Source: Flavobacteriales bacterium (lineage in GTDB: Bacteria; Bacteroidota; Bacteroidia; Flavobacteriales; JANQLC01). Taken from it: 64,000 nt of DNA. The notes under the pieces are model-generated. The model saw only the letters and a list, made by a program, of their open reading frames with translations, was not told the DNA's origin and did no database searches. Both the position numbers and the translations under genes were made by a program. Position 1 is the stretch's first letter. Every line of letters starts with the position of its first letter. The DNA is taken from positions 1,002-65,001 of the forward strand of contig JANQLC010000022.1 in NCBI GenBank assembly GCA_028280815.1, read 5' to 3'. Shown one piece after another: positions 44,419 to 53,208 of this stretch.

Positions 44419-44772
44419 ATGACGTTTTACTTGATTCTCATCGGGGTAACAGCGGGCATCGTAGGCGGTATGGCCGGCTTGGGGGGCGGCTTAATCATCG
44501 TGCCCATGCTCCTTTGGGCTGGCTTTTCACAATACGAGGCACAGGGTACCAGCACCGCAACCCTGTTGTTTCCCATCGGCATTATGGCAGCTTATAATTA
44601 TTACAAGGCGGGACAGGTCAACTGGCATTACGCCTTGATCATAGCCCTCACCTTCGTGGTGGGCAGCTTCTTGGGCTCTAAAATGGCTTTGCATACCGAC
44701 CCGAAGGTACTGCAGAAGCTATTTGGCGCTATCCTGCTTTTGGTCGCTGTGAAACTGCTCTCTGGCAGCTGA
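44419..44772 (+). CDS. TauE/SafE sulfite exporter family (single-repeat form)
   Basis: GMAGLGGGLIIVP, AQGTS, GSFLGSK. Confidence 0.88.
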   Translation: MTFYLILIGVTAGIVGGMAGLGGGLIIVPMLLWAGFSQYEAQGTSTATLLFPIGIMAAYNYYKAGQVNWHYALIIALTFVVGSFLGSKMALHTDPKVLQKLFGAILLLVAVKLLSGS

Positions 44773-44820
44773 GCGTGGTCCACCCCGAAAAATTGTAATC
44801 GCGACTGACGGGGCTGCGGT
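44768..44820. repeat. Left copy of degenerate direct repeat flanking ORFan
   Basis: GCTGAGC..CCACC..AAATTGTAATCG..GGCTGCG matches 45824-45868. Confidence 0.55.
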
Positions 44821-44982
44821 GTACTCTAATCGAATGAATAAAAGCCCATCGACTCAAATGGAAAGCTGGGGAAAGTCAGCTGAGGGCTAATAGCAACAGG
44901 TCATACAGGCAAATTACCTAAGTGACCGGATAAAAAAGGCTGATACCTCACACCTGAGGGACGCATCCACGAAAGAGGAGAT

Positions 44983-45828
44983 ATGAAAAAAGAGGAAAAA
45001 CCTTTAGGTAAAAAGCTAAATCACATAAAATATTGGATTTGGTTTGTTGTCTCTTGTGCCTTTTTATCGGGATTTAGTATCCGAGCTGAATCTCAAACCC
45101 ATGAGTTAAAACCTTCGGCAGTTAAAAATCCAACAACCCGGAGTCAAAGTGCAGCAGCTAAAAAAAGAGGAGCTAAAAGCAGACCTAAGCTAATCGGTAG
45201 AATTGCAGCTGAAGGCACAAGTAAGTCACCTGATAAAGACATACCAGCTGAAGACACAAGTAGGTCATCTGGCAAAAGTGCATCAGCACAACACAATTCA
45301 CTTGGACTTGTCGTTGTAAAACCTACTGAAGTAAAAAAGTGGGGAGACTACAGTCAAACAATAAAATGGAAATTGGGAAAAAAGACCAAAAAGCGAGGCT
45401 ATATATTACAGGTTATCGAGTTTGATTATGAAATACGCTGGGTTGAAAACGATTCGCTTTTGACAGAAAAAGAGGTATTTGAAAAGGAAAAGGAATGGCA
45501 CACTTATACCGAACTGTGGAAAATTTCTGCCAATAAGGATCAACCAGCTCCTACTCTTAATACAGACTTGTTCCAATTCATAAGTATTGAAGAAACTTAT
45601 GGATTTATGAAGGAGACAGGGAAGGCTTACTTCTTTGAAACCGACTCAACAGAAACCGATATGGGATTTGGTAAACATCAATATTCTCCAGCAAGTAGAT
45701 ACATATTTTCAAAAATAGGTGTTTACAACCCTGCAACCACAGACAAAACCAATACCATAAAACGTGTGATATATGTAAAATGGGATAAAGCGGGTAAAAC
45801 GACAATCATTGAAGATTCCCTAGGCTAA
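44983..45828 (+). CDS. Secreted hypothetical protein, AT-rich; C-terminus resembles polymorphic-toxin tip domains
   Basis: 281-aa intact ORF with GAGGAG upstream, signal-like N-terminus, K/S/A-rich linker with a 39-bp duplication, globular C-terminal ~170 aa. Confidence 0.75.
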   Translation: MKKEEKPLGKKLNHIKYWIWFVVSCAFLSGFSIRAESQTHELKPSAVKNPTTRSQSAAAKKRGAKSRPKLIGRIAAEGTSKSPDKDIPAEDTSRSSGKSASAQHNSLGLVVVKPTEVKKWGDYSQTIKWKLGKKTKKRGYILQVIEFDYEIRWVENDSLLTEKEVFEKEKEWHTYTELWKISANKDQPAPTLNTDLFQFISIEETYGFMKETGKAYFFETDSTETDMGFGKHQYSPASRYIFSKIGVYNPATTDKTNTIKRVIYVKWDKAGKTTIIEDSLG

Positions 45829-45868
45829 GCCCACCGGTAAATTGTAGTCGTATTATAACGGCTGCGAT
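45824..45868. repeat. Right copy of degenerate direct repeat flanking ORFan
   Basis: GCTAAGC-CCACC..AAATTGTAGTCG..GGCTGCG matches 44768-44820. Confidence 0.55.
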
Positions 45869-45902
45869 TTGACAATTCCATTTCTACGTGTTGTACGCCC
45901 TT

Positions 45903-48110
45903 TCAATTCGCCACCTCGCTCATAAATTTGATGCGCATCAACTGGAGTTCCCCACCGTCGTAATCCCCATCAAAAGCCTCGTACGCATCGCTGATCTCAT
46001 CCGTTTCGGCGCCCATGAAATAATCGTATATCTCCGCCTGTTGTTCTGAGTCTAATACCTCATCGATGTGGTAGCCGATATCCAGTTTGGTTCCCGAACG
46101 AACGATGCTCTCCATCTCGGCTACCAGCTCTTCCATGGTCAAACCCTTGGCATTGGCGATGTCTTCCAAAGGCAGTTTTCGATCCACACTTCGAACCACG
46201 TAGAGCTTTAAGGCTGATTTGGAGCCCACGCTTTTGACGACTATATCACGCGGGCGATAAATATCGTTTTCGGCTACATATTTTGCGATGTAGGAGACAA
46301 AGGGCTGGCCGAACTTCTTCGCCTTCCCTTCCCCTATGCCACTGATGCGAATCAGTTCCGTCAGGTTGACCGGATATTGCCATGTCATCTCTATCAGAGA
46401 AGCATCTGAAAGGACGGCAAAAGGTGGTACATTGTGCTTTCGCGCTGTTTCCCGCCTCAAGGCCTTGAGATTTTTCGACAACGCCTCATCGACCGTGGAC
46501 TCTCCATCTCGTTGCGCGGATAACCGCTGTTCGCTTTTCGCCAGGTTATCGTAGTCGTGATCTTCAGCCATTTTTACGGTATGCGGCTCTTTGATAAAGG
46601 CCTTGCCGGATTCGGTCAGCTTTAAAACCCCATAGGTTTCGATTTCTTTGCGTATGAGCTTTTGTATCAGCGCACAGCGCACCACTGCCATCCAAAACCG
46701 CTCACCGAAGGCAGATCCACTGCCAAATGCCGCTGTGTCTATGGTTTTGCGCGATTTGATAAGCGCGTTTTCCCGGCCGACCAATACCTTGACCAAATCC
46801 CGTGCTCTATAGACCTCTCTCGTCGTCTCAATGGCTTGCAACAGCTGCCTGATCTCCGCACTTACCTCGAACAACTTTTTTGGGTTTTGCACATTGTCAT
46901 CGAGTTGCGCACCGGGTCCATCCTTATCATCAAAATCTTCTCCGAAGTAATTCAATAAGAATTTTCGTCGAGAGATAGCCGTTTCAGCATAAGCCACCAC
47001 CTCCTGCAACAGCAGGCTTCCGATCTCTTGCTCAGCGACGGGCTTACCGATCATGAGCTTTTCTAACTTTTCGATATCTCTGTAGTCGTAAAAGGCCAGA
47101 CAGTGGCCCTGTCCACCGTCCCGACCGGCGCGGCCGGTCTCTTGGTAGTAGCTCTCCAAGCTCTTGGGCATATCATGATGAATGACAAAGCGCACATCGG
47201 GTTTATCGATTCCCATACCAAAAGCGATCGTAGCCACGATCACATCGGCCGATTCCATCAGAAAGGCATCTTGTATGGCAGCACGGGCCTTGGTGGCGAT
47301 ACCCGCGTGATAGGCCAAGGCTTTGATGCCATTTACCTGTAGGCTTTGCGCCACCTGTTCCACCGATTTTCGGCTCAGGCAATAGACGATGCCCGACTTT
47401 CCAGCGCGCGCTTTGATGAAGCGTATGATCTCTCGCTTGGCGTGATCCGAACTAATTTTGGGACGAACTTCGTAGAATAGATTCGGCCTGTTGAAGGACT
47501 CCTTAAAAACCGCTGCATCGATCATGCCCAAATTCTTCTGAATGTCTTCCTGCACTTTGGGTGTTGCCGTAGCGGTCAATGCGATGATCGGCCGCTTGTC
47601 GATCCGCGAAAATATAGCGCGTAAATTGCGGTAATCCGGACGGAAATCGTGTCCCCACTCCGAAATGCAGTGGGCTTCATCAATGGCGAAAAAAGAGATC
47701 GATACACCGCGTAAAAAATTGGTGTACTCCTCTTTGGTCAAGGATTCCGGTGCGACGTAGAGCAATTTTGTCCGACCTCTTGACACGTCGCTCTTGACCT
47801 TTTTCACCTGGGCGCGACTCAGAGAAGAGTTCAATACATGCGCGACGGAATCGGATTCAGAAATCCCCCGAATGGCGTCGACTTGGTTTTTCATCAAGGC
47901 GATCAAGGGCGATACGACGATGGACGTGCCCCTGCTCAACAGAGCGGATAGTTGATAACAGAGTGATTTCCCCCCACCTGTCGGCATGATGACGAAGGTG
48001 TCCACGCCGGCTAGCACGGATTGAATTATTTTTTTCTGATCCCCCTTAAAGCGATCAAAACCAAAATACCGCTTTAGCGCCTGATCGATTTCATCGCTTG
48101 CTTCACCCAT
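45903..48110 (-). CDS. recQ: ATP-dependent DNA helicase RecQ
   Basis: MPTGGGKSLCYQ, DEAHCISEWGHDFRP, YYQETGRAGRDG, HRDC domain. Confidence 0.96.
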   Translation of the reverse strand: MGEASDEIDQALKRYFGFDRFKGDQKKIIQSVLAGVDTFVIMPTGGGKSLCYQLSALLSRGTSIVVSPLIALMKNQVDAIRGISESDSVAHVLNSSLSRAQVKKVKSDVSRGRTKLLYVAPESLTKEEYTNFLRGVSISFFAIDEAHCISEWGHDFRPDYRNLRAIFSRIDKRPIIALTATATPKVQEDIQKNLGMIDAAVFKESFNRPNLFYEVRPKISSDHAKREIIRFIKARAGKSGIVYCLSRKSVEQVAQSLQVNGIKALAYHAGIATKARAAIQDAFLMESADVIVATIAFGMGIDKPDVRFVIHHDMPKSLESYYQETGRAGRDGGQGHCLAFYDYRDIEKLEKLMIGKPVAEQEIGSLLLQEVVAYAETAISRRKFLLNYFGEDFDDKDGPGAQLDDNVQNPKKLFEVSAEIRQLLQAIETTREVYRARDLVKVLVGRENALIKSRKTIDTAAFGSGSAFGERFWMAVVRCALIQKLIRKEIETYGVLKLTESGKAFIKEPHTVKMAEDHDYDNLAKSEQRLSAQRDGESTVDEALSKNLKALRRETARKHNVPPFAVLSDASLIEMTWQYPVNLTELIRISGIGEGKAKKFGQPFVSYIAKYVAENDIYRPRDIVVKSVGSKSALKLYVVRSVDRKLPLEDIANAKGLTMEELVAEMESIVRSGTKLDIGYHIDEVLDSEQQAEIYDYFMGAETDEISDAYEAFDGDYDGGELQLMRIKFMSEVAN

Positions 48111-48199
48111 TGGTCTGTGCGCATTTTTAGTACATTTGTACCGCCACGAAAGATAAGAATTTTTAAGCATAAAGCCCGTAAAAGAGGAATTTTTTAAAC

Positions 48200-49162
48200 T
48201 TGAACCGAGACGACATCATCCAAGCCGCCCAACATGTCATCCATTCCGAATCAAAAGCGGTCGAGCAGCTAATCAGGTACCTCAGCAAAGACTTTGCCAA
48301 AGTGGTACAGCTCATCGCAAATTCTAAGGGGCGGGTCATTATCAGCGGGATCGGGAAAAGCGCCCTCATCGCACAAAAAATTGTGGCGACGTTAAACTCG
48401 ACCGGAACCCCTTCGGCTTTCATGCATGCCACAGAAGCCATCCACGGTGATTTGGGTATCATCCAGCCCGGCGACATCGTCGTCTTGCTATCCAAGAGCG
48501 GCAATACCACAGAAGTAAAAGCCTTGTTGCCATTGGTAAAAAACATGAAAAATGAAACCGTCGCCCTAACCGGTAACCGCCATTCATACCTAGCCCAAAA
48601 TGTCGATTACGTGTTGGACACGACCGTTGAAAGGGAAGCCTGTCCAAACAACTTGGCACCCACGAGCAGTACCACTGCCCAATTGGTGATGGGCGATGCG
48701 CTGGCCATATGCCTGATGAAAGCACGCCGATTTACCGATGGTGATTTTGCGAGATACCACCCAGGGGGGGCGCTGGGGAAGCGACTCTACCTGCGCGTAG
48801 CAGATGTGATAGACCCCAGCCAAAGGCCTGCCGTAAGCCCGGAATCCGATCTCAGAGCGGTCATCCTCTCCATTTCCAAAAGCCGTTTTGGCCTGACTGC
48901 CGTTTTGGAAGGAGATGAAATCGCCGGCATCATCACGGACGGAGACCTGCGTCGAATGCTCTCAAAAGACTTGGATTTAAAAAACCTAAGCGCCCGAGAA
49001 ATCATGACTGCTGAGCCCAAAGTCATCCCGCATGACGCTTTGGCTCATCGGGCGATGGAACGATTGGAAAAATTTGAAATCGGGCAATTGCTCGTCACCC
49101 GGGATTCAAAGTATTGCGGTGTGATCGACATTCACGACTTACTACGGGAAGGCATTGTGTAA
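48200..49162 (+). CDS. kdsD: Arabinose-5-phosphate isomerase KpsF/GutQ (SIS + CBS)
   Basis: GIGKSA, AIHGDLG, APTSSTT, HPGGALG, CBS pair. Confidence 0.92.
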   Translation: MNRDDIIQAAQHVIHSESKAVEQLIRYLSKDFAKVVQLIANSKGRVIISGIGKSALIAQKIVATLNSTGTPSAFMHATEAIHGDLGIIQPGDIVVLLSKSGNTTEVKALLPLVKNMKNETVALTGNRHSYLAQNVDYVLDTTVEREACPNNLAPTSSTTAQLVMGDALAICLMKARRFTDGDFARYHPGGALGKRLYLRVADVIDPSQRPAVSPESDLRAVILSISKSRFGLTAVLEGDEIAGIITDGDLRRMLSKDLDLKNLSAREIMTAEPKVIPHDALAHRAMERLEKFEIGQLLVTRDSKYCGVIDIHDLLREGIV

Positions 49163-49986
49163 TGGAGAAAGCGCAAAAAGAAATGTCCTTTCTCGGGCAT
49201 TTGGAAGAATTGCGATGGCACATCATCCGCTCCCTACTGTTTATACTGGTGGCTGCCACCGCAGCGTTTTTTATGAAAGACCTGCTGTTCAACACCCTTT
49301 TATTCGGGCCCAAACACCCGGACTTCATCACCTATCGCGCCCTGTGTAAGCTCTCTAAGTGGATGGGGCTGGGCGCGGATAACTGCATTGATAAGTTGCC
49401 ATTTGGCATTCAAAGCCGGACGCTGGCCGGTCAGTTTTCAAGCCATATTTGGGCATCGGCAATCGCGGGTATCATCCTGGGATTTCCATACCTGACTTAT
49501 GAGCTCTGGCGATTTATCAAACCGGGGCTAACCCAAAGAGAAGTGCGATACAGCATATGGGGCATGCGCGCCAGCACTTTCCTCTTTCTCAGCGGGGTGC
49601 TCTTCGGCTACTTTTTAATCGCGCCCCTGAGCATTCATTTCTTAGCCAATTATCGGGTCAGCCGTGAAATCACCAATGAAATCGACCTGCGTTCCTACGT
49701 CTCCACGGTGTCAACCGCTGTCTTGGCTTCGGGACTGGTCTTTCAGCTCCCCACAGTCGTCCTGATCCTGACCAAGCTAGGGTTGATCACGCCCATCTTT
49801 TTAAAAAAATACCGACGCCATTCCTTCATCGCGATCATGACTGTAGCTGCTATCATCACACCACCGGATATTTCCAGCTTGGTGTTGGTCACTTTGCCCA
49901 TCTCTCTTTTATATGAGCTGAGTATCTTTATCTCGGCAATCGTTTCCAAAAAAAATGCCGGTGGTCAGCGTGCAAACCCAAACTAA
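49162..49986 (+). CDS. tatC: Twin-arginine translocase TatC
   Basis: MSFLGHLEELR, WRFIKPGL, AAIITPPD. Confidence 0.95.
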   Translation: MEKAQKEMSFLGHLEELRWHIIRSLLFILVAATAAFFMKDLLFNTLLFGPKHPDFITYRALCKLSKWMGLGADNCIDKLPFGIQSRTLAGQFSSHIWASAIAGIILGFPYLTYELWRFIKPGLTQREVRYSIWGMRASTFLFLSGVLFGYFLIAPLSIHFLANYRVSREITNEIDLRSYVSTVSTAVLASGLVFQLPTVVLILTKLGLITPIFLKKYRRHSFIAIMTVAAIITPPDISSLVLVTLPISLLYELSIFISAIVSKKNAGGQRANPN

Positions 49987-50117
49987 ACGGCAGCAAAATG
50001 ATGTATCAAACAGTTGACACACAGAGACGAGCCCATTGGATTGAGCTGCGAAAATGAGTTGAGTCGATCCGTGATCCGAGCAGATGCCCGTGTGCGCAGC
50101 TTGAAAATCGATAAAAT

Positions 50118-50885
50118 ATGGAGCTGAGAGCAGAGAATTTAGTGAAGAGTTACCGCGGCAAAAAAGTGGTCAACCGGGTTTCTCTGACTTTAAATCAAGG
50201 TGAAATAGTCGGCCTTTTGGGGCCCAACGGCGCTGGAAAAACCACCACATTTTATATGGTGGTAGGCTTGATCAAACCCACTTCAGGCGATGTGTTCCTA
50301 GCGGATCAAAACATTACCAGGCTCCCGATGTACAAGCGAGCTGAGCGAGGCATTGGTTACTTGACCCAGGAGGCTTCGGTATTTCGAAAGTTGAGCATAG
50401 CCGACAACATACTCGCCGTGTTGCAGTTCACCAAACAGTCCAAAAGCGCGCAGCGCCTGAGGATGGAAACGCTCATCGAAGAGTTTTCGCTCGCACAGGT
50501 GCGAAAAAATCGGGGCGACTTGCTCTCCGGTGGGGAAAGGCGTCGAACTGAAATCGCTCGTGCACTCGCTGTGGATCCCAAGTTTATCCTGCTCGACGAA
50601 CCCTTTGCAGGCGTCGATCCCATTGCTGTAGAAGACATTCAAAAAATTGTCAGCTCGTTGAAGGAGAAAAACATCGGCATACTGATCACCGACCACAACG
50701 TACGGGAAACCCTGGCCATTACCGACCGCACCTACCTGATGTTTGAAGGAAAGATACTGAGGCAGGGCAAGCCAAGAGAATTGGCTGAAGATGAAATAGT
50801 CAGACGCGTGTACCTGGGACAAAATTTCGTGCTAAAGGAAAAAAGTGAAATCCATCCAGCGTCCAAACCACCTCAAATCGATTAG
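50118..50885 (+). CDS. lptB: LPS export ABC ATP-binding protein
   Basis: [43 protein letters not shown]. Confidence 0.95.
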   Translation: MELRAENLVKSYRGKKVVNRVSLTLNQGEIVGLLGPNGAGKTTTFYMVVGLIKPTSGDVFLADQNITRLPMYKRAERGIGYLTQEASVFRKLSIADNILAVLQFTKQSKSAQRLRMETLIEEFSLAQVRKNRGDLLSGGERRRTEIARALAVDPKFILLDEPFAGVDPIAVEDIQKIVSSLKEKNIGILITDHNVRETLAITDRTYLMFEGKILRQGKPRELAEDEIVRRVYLGQNFVLKEKSEIHPASKPPQID

Positions 50886-50933
50886 CAGATATCGGCTGTC
50901 CGAGTCATTTTTATGCGCAAACACCTCAACTGC

Positions 50934-51572
50934 ATGAATATTTTGGTCTTAGACAATTGCGATTCCTTTACCTACAATTTGGTTCACGCCATCAAAGCAC
51001 AAGGACCCCACTCGGTAGCGGTTTACCGCAATGACGAAATTTCATTAGAGGAGATCGAGAAATACGATAAGGTCGTGCTCTCCCCGGGGCCTGGGATACC
51101 CGATGAGGCCTGCATTTTAAAGCCCTTGGTCAAGGCATGCGCCCGTTCCAAAAGCATTTTGGGCATCTGTTTGGGGCAACAAGCCATTGCGGAGGTATTT
51201 GGCGGCCGATTGGCGCGTGCACAGCGGGTGCTTCACGGCCGGGCTACCCCCACCCGCATTGTCGATAGGACAGAACCCCTGTTTCAAGGCCTGCCCGAAA
51301 CGATCGAAACCGCTCGCTACCACTCCTGGGTGGTAGTCAGGGACGCGCTTCCTGAAGTCTTGCAAATCACGGCGGAAAGCCAAGCAGGTGAAATCATGGC
51401 CCTGCGCCACGAGAAATACGATGTGAGGGGCCTGCAATTCCACCCTGAATCCATCCTGACTCCTAAAGGATCCCAAATCATCAAAAATTGGTTGCAGACT
51501 CCGCCCGTTGAGCGCTGCGCATTTGAAAGCGCTGTACAAAATAAATCTCTAACGCCTCAATCACATCGGTAA
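50934..51572 (+). CDS. Anthranilate/aminodeoxychorismate synthase component II (TrpG/PabA glutamine amidotransferase)
   Basis: DSFTYNL, LSPGPG, GICLGQQ, RYHS, QFHPESI. Confidence 0.92.
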   Translation: MNILVLDNCDSFTYNLVHAIKAQGPHSVAVYRNDEISLEEIEKYDKVVLSPGPGIPDEACILKPLVKACARSKSILGICLGQQAIAEVFGGRLARAQRVLHGRATPTRIVDRTEPLFQGLPETIETARYHSWVVVRDALPEVLQITAESQAGEIMALRHEKYDVRGLQFHPESILTPKGSQIIKNWLQTPPVERCAFESAVQNKSLTPQSHR

Positions 51573-51672
51573 AATCTATTGGGCCATTTCAAAATACAAT
51601 TGACAAACCCAGGTCATTTCGTCATGCGGATTTACATTTGGACTCTCATAGCAAACCCTCAAAATAAGAGAC

Positions 51673-52302
51673 ATGTCTGTACTAGTGGGAAAAAAAGCGC
51701 CCGACTTTAGGGCGTCAGCCGTGGTAAACGGGAGCGACATCACAGAAGGCTTTACGCTGAGCCAATTCAGGGGTCAGTACGTGGTCTTGTTTTTCTATCC
51801 CAAGGATTTCACCTTTGTATGTCCGACAGAGCTCCACGCCTTTCAAGAAAAGTCAGAAGCATTTGAGCAGCGAAATGCAGCCGTGATCGCGGTTTCTACC
51901 GACACTGAGCAATCGCATTGGGGGTGGCTGCAAATGGATCGGGATCGAGGTGGGATCAAAGGGGTGACCTACCCCATAGTAGCCGATACGAACAAGACGA
52001 TATCCTTCAATTACGGCGTATTGGCCGGCGATTGGGACTTTACAGCAGAAGATCAGTTAGAGGCCAACGGGGAGCTCATCGCGTACAGGGGGCTGTTTTT
52101 AATCGATAAAAGCGGCATCGTACGCCACCAGTTGGTCAATGACTTGCCGCTCGGCAGAAGCGTGGACGAGACCCTGCGAATCGTAGATGCACTGCAATTC
52201 TTTGAAAGGGAAGGCGAGGTTTGTCCAGCCAACTGGCGCCCGGGTAAAAAAGGCATGAAAGGGGATCACAAAAGCGTAGCGGCCTATCTCGCTCAAAACT
52301 GA
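51673..52302 (+). CDS. ahpC: 2-Cys peroxiredoxin (AhpC/Prx1)
   Basis: FYPKDFTFVCPTE and EVCPANW; TACATTTG box at 51633-51640. Confidence 0.92.
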   Translation: MSVLVGKKAPDFRASAVVNGSDITEGFTLSQFRGQYVVLFFYPKDFTFVCPTELHAFQEKSEAFEQRNAAVIAVSTDTEQSHWGWLQMDRDRGGIKGVTYPIVADTNKTISFNYGVLAGDWDFTAEDQLEANGELIAYRGLFLIDKSGIVRHQLVNDLPLGRSVDETLRIVDALQFFEREGEVCPANWRPGKKGMKGDHKSVAAYLAQN

Positions 52303-52328
52303 GGCACCGGGTGTGCTTTGGATCGGAG

Positions 52329-52353
52329 ACCGCAATTTTGCTGCGGCTTTTTT
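52329..52353 (+). terminator. Probable intrinsic terminator after peroxiredoxin
   Basis: CCGCA-loop-TGCGG stem followed by a T-tract. Confidence 0.5.
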
Positions 52354-53208
52354 CATACATACCCCCTATACATAAGTCCGATCGCCCATTTGAGCCTGAT
52401 ATGGGAATTTCGGCTCCTATTCTTATTCGTATGATAATCAGTGCGTTTATAAACACAGCCCATGCAACGGTAAGCCAAAACATAAGGGTTTCCCATCTAA
52501 CGCATGGAATGTTGCATCCATATTGACTTGATACCATTTACCTGCAGCCGACCACCGCGTGGCTCTTTCCACCTCATCCGCAGTTTTGCGTTCAATTTGT
52601 TAGGTTCCATTTTAAATTTATCGTTTCATACTTTGCTTTTTTTATCATTGCGGCCTACTCAAGCGCCAAGTAACTGGAGCAACACATTAGAGAGTCGACT
52701 GCCAAATATTTGTGTGCGTTTGAAAGTTGGAGTTGTTTGCCGCTTTTGCGCAGCAGTTGAGAGAAGCGTGTTTTGCGCTGCTGCATGGATCGGGTTGGCT
52801 GGGTTGATGTGTCGTTGTGTTATTGAGCGAGTTGTCTTGCACCGTTGCATAGGTGAATTGCTGGGTTGATTGCGCTGGTGGGCTACTTTGCACTGGTTAG
52901 CTCGTTTTTTGGTTTTGTCCTTTTGTGTGCGTTTGAAGGCCTAGGCCCTGTTTTCTCGCTGCTGTTTGGCCGTTAAAAAAGGCTTGTTTTGCTGTGCGAC
53001 TCATCCTTCTATTAATCTGTGTGGGATTCCGGTCGGGCGCCCGATGAGGCAGCGTTAATTTGGGCCTGCTTTAGGTATAAACCCGATGAGACAAGGGCGG
53101 AGAGAAATTGCTAACAATAGCACAATCCGGGTCTCGGTCTAAAGGATTTTCACGGTGAATTTTTTCCGAGCCCTATAGTTTGTAATTTTGTGTCGACCAT
53201 TTTTTGCG

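Noticed and set aside
51577-51612. OxyR box upstream of the peroxiredoxin
   Set aside because: ATTG/CAA elements do not keep the ATAG-N7-CTAT spacing convincingly
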